A stretch of 60,198 nucleotides of DNA, filler included. It is 6 parts of 6 records of this genome, joined end to end, with 100 filler letters (N's around TTAATTAATTAA, not from the genome) between each part and the next. Parts side by side here need not be neighbours in the genome. Positions count along the whole stretch, not along the records: positions 1 to 20,461 come from SRR2962707_429; 5 more parts are not named here. The stretch is one strand, 5' to 3'. Made by a program: the position numbers and the translations under genes. Below the pieces are notes generated by a model. It was not told the origin of the DNA. It did not search any database and saw only the letters and a list, made by a program, of their open reading frames with translations. This document shows positions 10,319 to 19,494 of the stretch, piece by piece. How positions within the stretch are numbered: position 1 is the first letter of the stretch; each line of letters begins with the position of its first letter.

Positions 10319-10915
10319 TTACTTATTTTTCAGTTTTTTCACAACTTCTATACGTTGTTTTTCTTCATTTACATTTAAAAGTACGTCATCTTGAAGTGGT
10401 TTCACAATTTTGACATTACTATTCCTCAAAAACTTTATTGGAGCGAACGATTTTTGCGCTGCAATAAAAACCTCAGCTTGCTTTAAACCCCCGGCCTCCC
10501 AAATAGCACACAGAGGCTCGGGCATTTCTTTAGTGGAAGCAGTAAAAACCGTTGCAATACTATTTACGTCTCTTTCTACAATTAATTGCTTTATGGCACG
10601 CTTATTTATTAAAGGCAAATCGCAGGCAATGATAAGCCAAGCACTATTTTTATCAAAATGATGCGCACTTAAAATCCCGTTAAAAGGACCTTTATACACA
10701 TCTTCATCTATTATTAATTTTTCTTCGGAAGTAAATTCGTTTTCTTGCTCTTTACGGATGCTAATATAGGCTTCATCACAAACCTCTTTTAGCAATTTAT
10801 AAAGGTATGTACGTTGAGGAACTCCGTGGTATGCAATCAAGCCTTTATCTGTTTTCATTCGGGTACTCAATCCCCCCGCCAATACCAATCCATATAATTT
10901 ACCTGTTGAAGTCAC
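10319..10915 (-). CDS. mobA: Molybdenum cofactor guanylyltransferase-like NTP transferase
   Basis: LAGGLSTRMKTDK, GP, ACDLP, EPL, NVN motifs; likely GTG start at 10915 overlapping the moaC end. Confidence 0.85.
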   Translation of the reverse strand: MTSTGKLYGLVLAGGLSTRMKTDKGLIAYHGVPQRTYLYKLLKEVCDEAYISIRKEQENEFTSEEKLIIDEDVYKGPFNGILSAHHFDKNSAWLIIACDLPLINKRAIKQLIVERDVNSIATVFTASTKEMPEPLCAIWEAGGLKQAEVFIAAQKSFAPIKFLRNSNVKIVKPLQDDVLLNVNEEKQRIEVVKKLKNK

Positions 10916-11369
10916 TTTTTCCTCCCGATTTTTTCTCAAGCTGAATATTGGCAATTTTTATATCGTGAGAAAGCGCCTTACACATATCATAAATTGTAAG
11001 TGCACTCACCGAAACACCTGTTAACGCCTCCATTTCTACCCCTGTACGCTCCGTACATTTTACAGTACAATTAATAATAAACGAAGTTTTTTTAGGTTTA
11101 ATATCAATCTGAATTTTAGACAAAGCTAACTGATGGCAAAGCGGAATTAAATCGGCCGTTTTTTTTACCGCTTGAATTCCTGCAATTACTGCTGTCTGAA
11201 TTATGCTTCCTTTTTTATTTGAAAACTGATTTTTCTCTAATTCTGAAAAAACCTCAGCAGGAAAAATAACTTCTCCAGAAGCAGTTGCTACTCTTGCTGT
11301 TACTTCTTTAGTAGAAACATCCACCATAGTTGCCTCTCCAGCTTCATTTATATGTGATAATTTACCCAT
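10899..11369 (-). CDS. moaC: Cyclic pyranopterin monophosphate synthase
   Basis: MVDVSTK, LIPLCH, TGVEMEAL, YDMCKA, KSGGKS. Confidence 0.95.
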   Translation of the reverse strand: MGKLSHINEAGEATMVDVSTKEVTARVATASGEVIFPAEVFSELEKNQFSNKKGSIIQTAVIAGIQAVKKTADLIPLCHQLALSKIQIDIKPKKTSFIINCTVKCTERTGVEMEALTGVSVSALTIYDMCKALSHDIKIANIQLEKKSGGKSDFNR

Positions 11370-11387
11370 TTTTTGTTTTTAGCAGGT

Positions 11388-11574
11388 AGTATAAAGTATC
11401 AAGTACGAAGTATTAAGATTCTAGACTTTACTTGTCTTTGCTCTATATTCTTTATTCTAAATACTTGATAATTAATACTTTATTCTAAATACTTTTATCT
11501 CTTTGCTCTTTACTCTAAATACTTCGTACTTGATACTTTGTACTTAATACTTTATTCTAAACACTTTGTACTTC
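11388..11574. repeat. Degenerate 7-bp tandem repeat tract containing a 22-bp perfect inverted repeat
   Basis: Units such as AATACTT/CGTACTT/GATACTT/TGTACTT; AAAGTATCAAGTACGAAGTATT (11393-11414) is the exact reverse complement of 11518-11539. Confidence 0.85.
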
Positions 11575-11579
11575 AAAAA

Positions 11580-12563
11580 CTACCCTCCAATTGAGGTCAT
11601 CGAATTATTAAAAACACCTTTGTATTTTTCTTGTTCTTCAAAGCCTGTTTTAGAACGACTTCCTATGGTTGCTAGAATATGTTGTTTTATTTTTTCTTCT
11701 GAATTTTCACTTCTTAATAGGGTTCTAATATTCATCCTTGGTTTTCCGTACAGGCAAGTAATAACATCTCCAGTAGCAGAAATCCGTAGGCGATTGCAAC
11801 TTCCGCAAAATGTTCTCGAAAAAGACGGGATAAGCCCAAAAGTTCCTTTATAATCTTTGATTTTATAATTTATAGAGGTAGATGTTTTTTCTGAAACTAA
11901 TTTTTCAATCGCATCAAAACGATTGGCAATATGCTCATAAATAGCTTTATAGTCCCATTTAATAGTATTGAAGCTTTTTGAACCTCCATTAAAAGGCATT
12001 TCTTCCAAAAACCGAACTGAGACATTGTAATATTTTGTGAGTTCTACTAATGGAATAATCTCTTCAATATTCTGCCCCTCTAAGGCAATACAATTAATCC
12101 GCACATTAAAACCTTCAGAAATCAATTTTATAAGGTTTTCATAAACCGTTTCATACTGATTTCTTCTGGTTATTCTCTCAAAAACATCTTTATTTATAGC
12201 ATCTAAACTTACATTGATGTTTTTTATTCCTAAGGACTTTAATTCGTTTATATAGGGTCCAATTAAAGTAGCATTGGTAGTAACAGAAATATCGTCTAAA
12301 CCTTCTAAAGAAGCTAAATGACGAAATAAAACCATTAAATCTTTTCTAACAAAAGGCTCCCCGCCTGTTAATCTAATTTTATTAATCCCTTGAGAAACCA
12401 TTATACTACTCAACCTACAAAGCTCCTCCATTGAAAATAAATCTTTGCGCTTTGCAAAATCAATCCCTTCTTCTGGCATACAATAATTGCAACGTAAATT
12501 GCAACGGTCTGTAACCGCCAATCTTAAATAATTTATAACTCTATTATGGTTGTCTATTAACAT
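11580..12563 (-). CDS. moaA: GTP 3',8-cyclase (radical SAM)
   Basis: CNLRCNYC, TGGEP, FCGSCNRLR, C-terminal MTSIGG; likely start MLIDNHNR. Confidence 0.95.
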   Translation of the reverse strand: MLIDNHNRVINYLRLAVTDRCNLRCNYCMPEEGIDFAKRKDLFSMEELCRLSSIMVSQGINKIRLTGGEPFVRKDLMVLFRHLASLEGLDDISVTTNATLIGPYINELKSLGIKNINVSLDAINKDVFERITRRNQYETVYENLIKLISEGFNVRINCIALEGQNIEEIIPLVELTKYYNVSVRFLEEMPFNGGSKSFNTIKWDYKAIYEHIANRFDAIEKLVSEKTSTSINYKIKDYKGTFGLIPSFSRTFCGSCNRLRISATGDVITCLYGKPRMNIRTLLRSENSEEKIKQHILATIGSRSKTGFEEQEKYKGVFNNSMTSIGG

Positions 12564-12588
12564 ATAATTTTTTAATAGCTTCATAAAA

Positions 12589-12828
12589 TCATCCGCCACT
12601 AACTGGAGGAATCAGTGCAATTTCATCATCAATTGTGATATTATCTTCTTCTTGCGCATACTTATTATTTACAGCAATTGCCAACGAAGAAAGTTTTTTG
12701 AGTGCTGGATACTGCTCCATCAGAAAAAGCCTAAGCTGCTGTACAGTTTTTATTTTTTCTTCCGCAGAAATATATAAAGAAGCATCTCCAACTATCTCTC
12801 TTGTGATCCCAAAAAGTAAAATATTCAT
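12589..12828 (-). CDS. moaD: Molybdopterin synthase sulfur carrier subunit
   Basis: About 80-aa ubiquitin-like protein ending IPPVSGG. Confidence 0.9.
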   Translation of the reverse strand: MNILLFGITREIVGDASLYISAEEKIKTVQQLRLFLMEQYPALKKLSSLAIAVNNKYAQEEDNITIDDEIALIPPVSGG

Positions 12829-13039
12829 AATTGACACTTCGTTTTCTTATTGACTCGGCAATTGGTATTTAATACATCAAGGCAATTTACACCTCCAATA
12901 ATAATGGTTAAGTTAACCAAAAACAAAAGATTAGATTAAATTTTTCAGCTTATTTAACACTAAAAATGTACTTCTTTAAATTTATAAATGCTTTTTGCTC
13001 GATAATCAAAGTTTAACGCTCCAATACTTACATAACATT

Positions 13040-14371
13040 TTACTTTTTCAAAAGTGATTTCGACAAATCCTCAAGAGATTTTCCCTTTGTTTCTGGCATT
13101 AAAAAGATTACAAATAACAATTGTAAAATCATCATTCCAGCAAAGAAATAGAATATTGGCGCTGGCCCTACAACTTCTGTAAAGTAAGGGAAAAAGTTTG
13201 TTATCAATGCTGCAAAAATCCAATGTGTAGAACTTCCTAAAGACATTCCGTAAGCTCTTACTTTATTTGGGAATATTTCAGAAATAAAAACCCAAATTAC
13301 AGCTCCTTGACCAATAGCATGAGATGCAATAAATATAAATGATAATATAGGCACTATGCTCCCTTCAGTATTTCCTGTATCAAAAGCTCTTCCTATAAAA
13401 AATAACGAAATAATATACCCGATAGAACCAATATACATAAGCTTTTTTCGTCCGCTTCTATCTATTAGATACATTCCAACAAGGGTAAATATTAAATTTA
13501 TAATCCCAATTCCTACCGTAGAAAACATTGAAGATTCGCTCCCCAGCCCAGCATCTCTAAATATTCTTGGTGCATAATAAATTACAGAGTTAATTCCTGA
13601 AAGCTGATTAAAAAATGCAAATAAGAATGCCAAGAGAATAACAAAACTATATTTCTTAGATAAAAACCTTTCTTTAAGTGATGTTTTAGTTGCATCCATT
13701 GCTGCGGAGGCTTTTATTTCCTGTAATTCCGCTTCATAATTATCATTATTAATTAATTTTAAAGTCTGTAGTGCTTCTTCTTCGGCATTGTGTTTTAACA
13801 ACACCCACCTTGGGCTTCTTGGGAGTTTTCTTACTAAAAGTGCAAAAGCTAAAGCTGGAATTGCTTCTACTCCCAACATCCATCTCCAAGCATTTTCTAA
13901 ATTTAGTAAGCTAATAACATAATTAGACACATAAGCCATTAAAATACCTAAAACTAGATTTAATTGAAAAGACGCTACTAATTTCCCTCTATTTTGCGCT
14001 TGAGAAATTTCTGAAATATAAATAGGCGCTGTTACAGAGGATGCTCCAACAGCAATTCCTCCAATAAATCTAAAGATTACAAAGGAGTATATATCTAATG
14101 CTAAAGCTGAACCTATGGCCGATACGAGAAACAAAATTGCAATCCAAAAAAGGGTTTTTCTTCTTCCATATTTATCCGAAGGAAATCCTCCAAAAATAGC
14201 TCCTATTAATGTACCGTAAAGCGCAACTGCAATTGCAAAACCATGCATCAAGTCGCTTAAACCCCATGTTTGCTGTATTGATTGTTCTGCTCCAGAAATT
14301 ACTGCGGTATCAAAACCAAATAAAAAACCACCAAGCGAGATGATGATGGCCCATTGTAATACTTTACTCAT
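13040..14371 (-). CDS. Sugar porter family MFS transporter
   Basis: GGFLFGFDTAVISG, DKYGRR, QLSGIN, PETKGKSLE. Confidence 0.95.
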   Translation of the reverse strand: MSKVLQWAIIISLGGFLFGFDTAVISGAEQSIQQTWGLSDLMHGFAIAVALYGTLIGAIFGGFPSDKYGRRKTLFWIAILFLVSAIGSALALDIYSFVIFRFIGGIAVGASSVTAPIYISEISQAQNRGKLVASFQLNLVLGILMAYVSNYVISLLNLENAWRWMLGVEAIPALAFALLVRKLPRSPRWVLLKHNAEEEALQTLKLINNDNYEAELQEIKASAAMDATKTSLKERFLSKKYSFVILLAFLFAFFNQLSGINSVIYYAPRIFRDAGLGSESSMFSTVGIGIINLIFTLVGMYLIDRSGRKKLMYIGSIGYIISLFFIGRAFDTGNTEGSIVPILSFIFIASHAIGQGAVIWVFISEIFPNKVRAYGMSLGSSTHWIFAALITNFFPYFTEVVGPAPIFYFFAGMMILQLLFVIFLMPETKGKSLEDLSKSLLKK

Positions 14372-14450
14372 TCTAAGTTTTCATTTTGAAGCATACTATT
14401 CCTTCCGAAACAGAAATGCTTCTGGTTGACTGGTTTTAAAGGTAAGAATT

Positions 14451-15230
14451 CTATTGAAGTTCCAAAGCCTTTTTTAAATCTAGCTCCGCAACAGAATTTA
14501 TTATCAAATCTGGTTTAAATGCATAATCGTTTAAATCGTTTTCTTTAGAAACTCCAGAAAGCGTCAAAATAGTAGTATATCCTAATTGGACACCTCCTAA
14601 AATATCGGTATCCATTGTATCTCCAATTATAATAGTCTCTCGAGCTTCTAAACCTAGATACTTTCTTGCAGAACGCATCATTACGGGGCTCGGTTTCCCT
14701 ACAGAAAAAGCTTTTTTTCCAGTAGCTTCTTCAATCATGGCAACAATAGCTTTTATTCCTAAATTAGACCATCCCTTTTTCATAGGAGATGGATCTAAAT
14801 TGGTAGCTATTAATTTTGCTCCTGAGAGGATCATATCTACTGCATTGTTTACCATTTCTAAAGTGAAGTTTCTTCCTTCTCCAACCACCACAAAATCTGG
14901 ATTTTGATTTACTAATGTATATCCGTGTTGATGTAAACTGCTTATTAATCCACCTTCACCTAAAACATAAGCTGTTCCGTTTGGGTTCATAAAAGATAAA
15001 AAATAAGCCGTAGCCATTGCGCTTGTATAGACGTTTTCTTCTTTTATTTTTATCCCCATCCTCGCCACTTTATTTACTGTGTCTAAAGGGGTACGCTGAC
15101 TATTATTGGTCATAAACAAAAAAGGGATATTCTCTTTTTGCAATGTTTTTATAAATTTATCAGCGCCAGGAATTAAGGTGTCATTACCATAAATTACACC
15201 ATCCATATCAATTAAAAATCCTTTCTTCAT
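14451..15230 (-). CDS. HAD-IIA phosphatase (NagD-like)
   Basis: DMDGV, TNNS, GKP, GDTMDTDI motifs. Confidence 0.9.
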   Translation of the reverse strand: MKKGFLIDMDGVIYGNDTLIPGADKFIKTLQKENIPFLFMTNNSQRTPLDTVNKVARMGIKIKEENVYTSAMATAYFLSFMNPNGTAYVLGEGGLISSLHQHGYTLVNQNPDFVVVGEGRNFTLEMVNNAVDMILSGAKLIATNLDPSPMKKGWSNLGIKAIVAMIEEATGKKAFSVGKPSPVMMRSARKYLGLEARETIIIGDTMDTDILGGVQLGYTTILTLSGVSKENDLNDYAFKPDLIINSVAELDLKKALELQ

Positions 15231-15369
15231 CTTAGAATCTCTTTATTTCTTTTACTTTTACTTATGCAACTAAATTACAATTTAATATTTTTCTCTTGTA
15301 AGAAATAGCAATAAAAACGTCCAATACTACTAGGATTTCACAAAATCAATATTTATACTCAATTAAACT

Positions 15370-15705
15370 ATGGAAAAGACATATTACGACCCAGCAGATT
15401 TAAAAAAATTCCCTAAAATAACAGAATGGAGTGAGGAGTTAGGAGAAAAATTTTTTGATTACTACGGAAAAGTTTTTGAAGAAGGAGCTCTTACAGCCAG
15501 AGAGAAGTCTTTAATTGCATTAGCAGTATCTCATGTTGTAAAATGCCCATATTGCATAGATGCATATACAAAAGACGGTCTCCAAAGAGGGATTACTAAA
15601 GAAGAAATGATGGAAGCCGTGCATGCTGGAGCTGCTATTGAGAGTGGCGCTACTTTGGTCCATGGGGTTCAAATGATGAAGAAATACGATAAGTTGTCCA
15701 TGTAA
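15370..15705 (+). CDS. CMD/AhpD-like protein (arsenosugar-cluster-associated peroxidase-like)
   Basis: EKSLIALAV...CPYCIDAY motif; first gene of the arsS cluster. Confidence 0.85.
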   Translation: MEKTYYDPADLKKFPKITEWSEELGEKFFDYYGKVFEEGALTAREKSLIALAVSHVVKCPYCIDAYTKDGLQRGITKEEMMEAVHAGAAIESGATLVHGVQMMKKYDKLSM

Positions 15706-15899
15706 TTGTAAAATATGGATTGTTAGTTGTTATTACGGAATTAAGGGTTATATTTTTCAAAAATATGAATCTGCTACAACTTCTCTAGCAGTAGCTGTAC
15801 TGTGTAACAACGTAACTTCATAACTTTACAACTCTAAAATGTAAGGCTTATTTCCTTTACAGGACAATTTTAAAAGACATTATACGCTAACATATCAAC

Positions 15900-16955
15900 A
15901 TGCTAAAAAAATCGTTACATAAACGAGCAAACCAACTTTCTCAATCGAAAAAGCAATTAGAAATACTTTCTAATGGAATTTTTGCGAATGGAGAACTACC
16001 TACTTTTAAAGACAAAATTGCAGAGACAAATCAGTTTCCGCTTCGTCCAAATAAAACAGAAATCCTACAAATTAATGTGGGATATATGTGCAACCAAGTA
16101 TGCTCCCATTGCCATGTAGATGCAGGCCCCGACCGTAAGGAAATAATGACAAAGGAAACCATGCAACAATGTCTAGATATTATAAAAAATACGGGGGCTC
16201 ATACGCTAGATTTAACTGGAGGAGCTCCAGAAATGAATCCTAATTTCCGATGGTTTGTAGAGGAGGCTTCCAAAATTGGAGTGGAAGATTTTATTGTACG
16301 AAGCAACCTTACCATTATTGAAGCGAACAAAAAATACAACGACCTTCCAGATTTTTTTAAAAAACACAATATCCATGTAATTTCTTCCATGCCACATTGG
16401 ACCAAAGAAAAGACCGATAAACAACGCGGACAGGGAGTTTTTAACAAATCAATAGAAGCTTTAAAAAAATTAAATGCTGTTGGCTACGGAATGCCGAATA
16501 GCAATTTAAAACTGGATTTGGTTTACAATCCTGCTGGCGCTTTCTTACCTACCAATCAAGCCTCCATGGAAAAGGATTTCAAAAAAGCATTAATAGACGA
16601 TTTCGGAATTCAGTTTCACAATCTGTTTGCCATTACTAATCTTCCTATTTCTAGATTTTTGGAATACCTCATCGCTTCAGAAAACTACGAAGATTATATG
16701 TATTCCCTAGTAGAAGCTTTTAACCCTTCCGCAGTAAAAAATGTAATGTGCACCAATACTATTTCCATTAGTTGGGATGGTTGGCTTTATGATTGCGACT
16801 TCAACCAAATGCTCGACCTCAAAGTAGATAGTAAAGTAAAACATGTTAGTGAGTACAATGAAGATATTTTAAACAATAGAGATATTATTATCTCTCAACA
16901 TTGCTATGGTTGTACTGCTGGCGCAGGAAGTAGCTGCCAAGGAACAGTAGTCTAA
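15900..16955 (+). CDS. arsS: Arsenosugar biosynthesis radical SAM protein ArsS
   Basis: CNQVCSHCHVDAGP, DLTGGAPE, YDCDFNQML, Cys-rich C-terminus HCYGCTAGAGSSCQG. Confidence 0.9.
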   Translation: MLKKSLHKRANQLSQSKKQLEILSNGIFANGELPTFKDKIAETNQFPLRPNKTEILQINVGYMCNQVCSHCHVDAGPDRKEIMTKETMQQCLDIIKNTGAHTLDLTGGAPEMNPNFRWFVEEASKIGVEDFIVRSNLTIIEANKKYNDLPDFFKKHNIHVISSMPHWTKEKTDKQRGQGVFNKSIEALKKLNAVGYGMPNSNLKLDLVYNPAGAFLPTNQASMEKDFKKALIDDFGIQFHNLFAITNLPISRFLEYLIASENYEDYMYSLVEAFNPSAVKNVMCTNTISISWDGWLYDCDFNQMLDLKVDSKVKHVSEYNEDILNNRDIIISQHCYGCTAGAGSSCQGTVV

Positions 16956-16971
16956 AATAATGTGCTTTTAA

Positions 16972-17580
16972 ATGAAAGAAAAAAATATTTTAATCATATT
17001 TATCCGTAATCCAGAATTAGGAAAAGTAAAAACTAGACTTGCTAAAGATATAGGTGATAAAAAGGCCCTTGAGATATACATTTTTTTACTCGAACACACC
17101 GCCAAAGTTGCCAAAAGGGTTAACAGTAATAAAGTTGTATATTATTCTGAAGAAATTCCGAAAAAAGATTTGTGGAATCTAGAACATTTTGAAAAAAAAC
17201 TGCAATGTAGTAGTGACCTCGGAGAACGAATGATGCATGCTTTTGACGAAAGTTTCAAAGAAGGTTACCAAAATGTAATAATTATTGGTAGTGATATGTA
17301 CGATATTACTGAAAAACACATTGAAGAAGCCTTCCAAAAACTCAATAATTATGATGCGGTAATTGGACCGGCTACAGATGGAGGTTATTACCTTTTAGGT
17401 TTAAAAAGAATGTATCCTAAAATATTTCAACAAAAAAAATGGGGCACAGATACTGTTTTAAGAGAGACTTTAGAAGATTTAAAAACCATTAATGTAGCTT
17501 TGTTAGAAGAACTTAATGATGTGGATGTGTATGAAGATATTGAGGAACATCCTGCATTTCAAAAATTTTTAAAAGATTAA
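16972..17580 (+). CDS. DUF2064/TIGR04282-type glycosyltransferase-like protein
   Basis: PELGKVKTRLA, DLGERM, IGSD, GPATDGGYYLLG, DVD motifs. Confidence 0.85.
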   Translation: MKEKNILIIFIRNPELGKVKTRLAKDIGDKKALEIYIFLLEHTAKVAKRVNSNKVVYYSEEIPKKDLWNLEHFEKKLQCSSDLGERMMHAFDESFKEGYQNVIIIGSDMYDITEKHIEEAFQKLNNYDAVIGPATDGGYYLLGLKRMYPKIFQQKKWGTDTVLRETLEDLKTINVALLEELNDVDVYEDIEEHPAFQKFLKD

Positions 17581-17583
17581 ATT

Positions 17584-18399
17584 ATGACCAAAAACGAATT
17601 ACTAGAAACAACAGCATATTTAAAAAGTAAGGGCTTTGAAGCTCCAGAAGTTGGGATTGTTTTAGGAACTGGACTAGGAAAATTGGTAGATGAAATTGAA
17701 AATCCAATTGTAGCTCATTACAATCATATTCCATTTTTTCCTTTGGCTACCGTAGAATTCCACAGCGGAAAATTAATTTATGGTGAAATTGAAGGTAAAA
17801 AAGTAGTGGTTATGCAAGGTCGTTTTCACCTGTATGAAGGTTACGATTTTATTGATATTACTTATCCAATTCGTGCTATGCATGAACTCGGAATTAAAAA
17901 ACTACTTATTTCTAATGCTGCAGGCTCTATAAATTTAGATTATAAAAAAGGAGATTTAATGCTTCTTGAAGACCATATTAATTTACAAGGCGGTTCTCCA
18001 CTAGCATTTAAAGGAGTTAGCGAATTTGGAGAACGATTTGTGGATATGAGTCAGCCCTACGACGTTGACATGAGAAATACAATTATCAACACAGCAAAAC
18101 AAGAAAATATTTCCCTCCAAAAAGGGGTGTATGTTTCGGTAGTTGGTCCGCAATTAGAAACAAAAGCGGAATACAGATACCTTAAAATTATTGGCGCCGA
18201 TGCTGTAGGAATGAGTACCGTTCCAGAAGTTATTGTTGCCAACCATTTAAAACTGCCAGTTGCCGCTATTTCTGTAATTACAGATGAAGGAGATCCAGAT
18301 AATTTAGAACCTGTAGATATTAATGAAATTATTAGAATTGCCGGGGAAGCAGAACCAAAAATGATTACACTCTTCAAAAAACTAATTAAGCAGCTATGA
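17584..18399 (+). CDS. Purine nucleoside phosphorylase (trimeric PNP/MTAP family)
   Basis: LGTGLG, QGRFHLYEG, NAAG, GPQLETKAE, GMSTVPEV. Confidence 0.9.
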   Translation: MTKNELLETTAYLKSKGFEAPEVGIVLGTGLGKLVDEIENPIVAHYNHIPFFPLATVEFHSGKLIYGEIEGKKVVVMQGRFHLYEGYDFIDITYPIRAMHELGIKKLLISNAAGSINLDYKKGDLMLLEDHINLQGGSPLAFKGVSEFGERFVDMSQPYDVDMRNTIINTAKQENISLQKGVYVSVVGPQLETKAEYRYLKIIGADAVGMSTVPEVIVANHLKLPVAAISVITDEGDPDNLEPVDINEIIRIAGEAEPKMITLFKKLIKQL

Positions 18400-19364
18400 G
18401 TTATTTAGAAACTACAAAAGACGTATATAAAAATGCTGCTTTAACTCCAGATGTTGGACTTTGTTGCACCACAAATCCTATTTGGGAATTACCGGGATTA
18501 AAAATTCCGAAAATAATGCAAGAGATGAACTATGGTTGCGGGAGCACTGTACACCCAAGAGATTTGGTTAACAATCCAAAAATTCTATATGTTGGTGTAG
18601 GCGGAGGCATGGAACTTTTACAGTTTGCTTATTTTTCTCGTCAAAAAAATGGGGTTATTGGTGTAGATGTTGTAGATGAAATGTTAGAAGCTTCTCGTAA
18701 AAATTTTAAAGAAGCCGAAACCCAAAACAATTGGTTTAAAAGTGATTTTATAGACTTAAAAAAAGGCGATGCTTTACACCTTCCTGTTGCAGATAATAGT
18801 ATTGATGTGGCAGCGCAAAATTGTTTGTTTAATATTTTTAAAACTGAAGAATTAAAAAAGGCTATTTCAGAAATGTATCGGGTTTTAAAACCACATGGGC
18901 GACTTGTAATGAGTGATCCCACTTGTGAGCAACCAATGAGCGAGGAACTCCGAAACAACGATAAGCTTAGAGCATTGTGTTTAAGTGGAAGCCTCCCTAT
19001 AAAAGAATATGTAAAAATGCTTACCGATGCTGGTTTTGGAACCATCGAAATAAGAGCTAGAAAACCATATAGAATTCTAGATCCATTGCACTACAATACA
19101 GAAGAATTAATTTACATTGAATCGATTGAAGTGGCTGCCATAAAAGATCCAATGCCGAAAGACGGCCCTTGTGTTTTTACTGGAAAAGCTGCCATTTATT
19201 ACGGTAAAGAGGATTATTTTGATGATAAAAACGGACATGTTCTATTACAAAACCAACCCCTTGCTGTTTGTGATAAAACTGCTAACACCTTGAAAAATTT
19301 AGAGAGAAATGATATTTTTATTTCTGAATCTACTTGGCATTACGACGGCGGTGGATGTTGTTAA
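18396..19364 (+). CDS. arsM: Arsenite S-adenosylmethionine methyltransferase (arsenosugar-cluster ArsM)
   Basis: GLCCTT, NYGCGS, SAM-binding GVGGG, QNCLFN, ALCLSG, C-terminal GGGCC; ATGA overlap with PNP. Confidence 0.88.
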   Translation: MSYLETTKDVYKNAALTPDVGLCCTTNPIWELPGLKIPKIMQEMNYGCGSTVHPRDLVNNPKILYVGVGGGMELLQFAYFSRQKNGVIGVDVVDEMLEASRKNFKEAETQNNWFKSDFIDLKKGDALHLPVADNSIDVAAQNCLFNIFKTEELKKAISEMYRVLKPHGRLVMSDPTCEQPMSEELRNNDKLRALCLSGSLPIKEYVKMLTDAGFGTIEIRARKPYRILDPLHYNTEELIYIESIEVAAIKDPMPKDGPCVFTGKAAIYYGKEDYFDDKNGHVLLQNQPLAVCDKTANTLKNLERNDIFISESTWHYDGGGCC

Positions 19365-19494
19365 ACTATAACTTAACAGTAAAATCTAACCAATAACATA
19401 TGTTTTAAAAAGTAAGTTATTGAATAATATTCCGACTTTTTTATGGAAAATCCTTATCATAAAAATAGATTTTAAAAGCTAAGAAGAGCATCCT

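Noticed and set aside
11388-11574. Possible CRISPR array in the moaA-moaC gap
   Set aside because: Repeat period is 7 nt with no unique spacers and no cas genes in the contig.
12838-13039. Canonical Moco riboswitch or a hidden moaE upstream of moaD
   Set aside because: No recognisable Moco RNA conserved elements and the 200-bp gap is too short for MoaE.
15900-16955. Possible selenocysteine in ArsS (some family members are selenoproteins)
   Set aside because: The ORF has no in-frame TGA; the C-terminal motif is all Cys and ends in TAA.
5610-19364. Moco genes as dedicated maturation factors for an arsenite oxidase or arsenate reductase
   Set aside because: No aio/arr or other molybdoenzyme gene is present, and XdhC/MocA point to xanthine-oxidase-family clients; proximity alone is insufficient.
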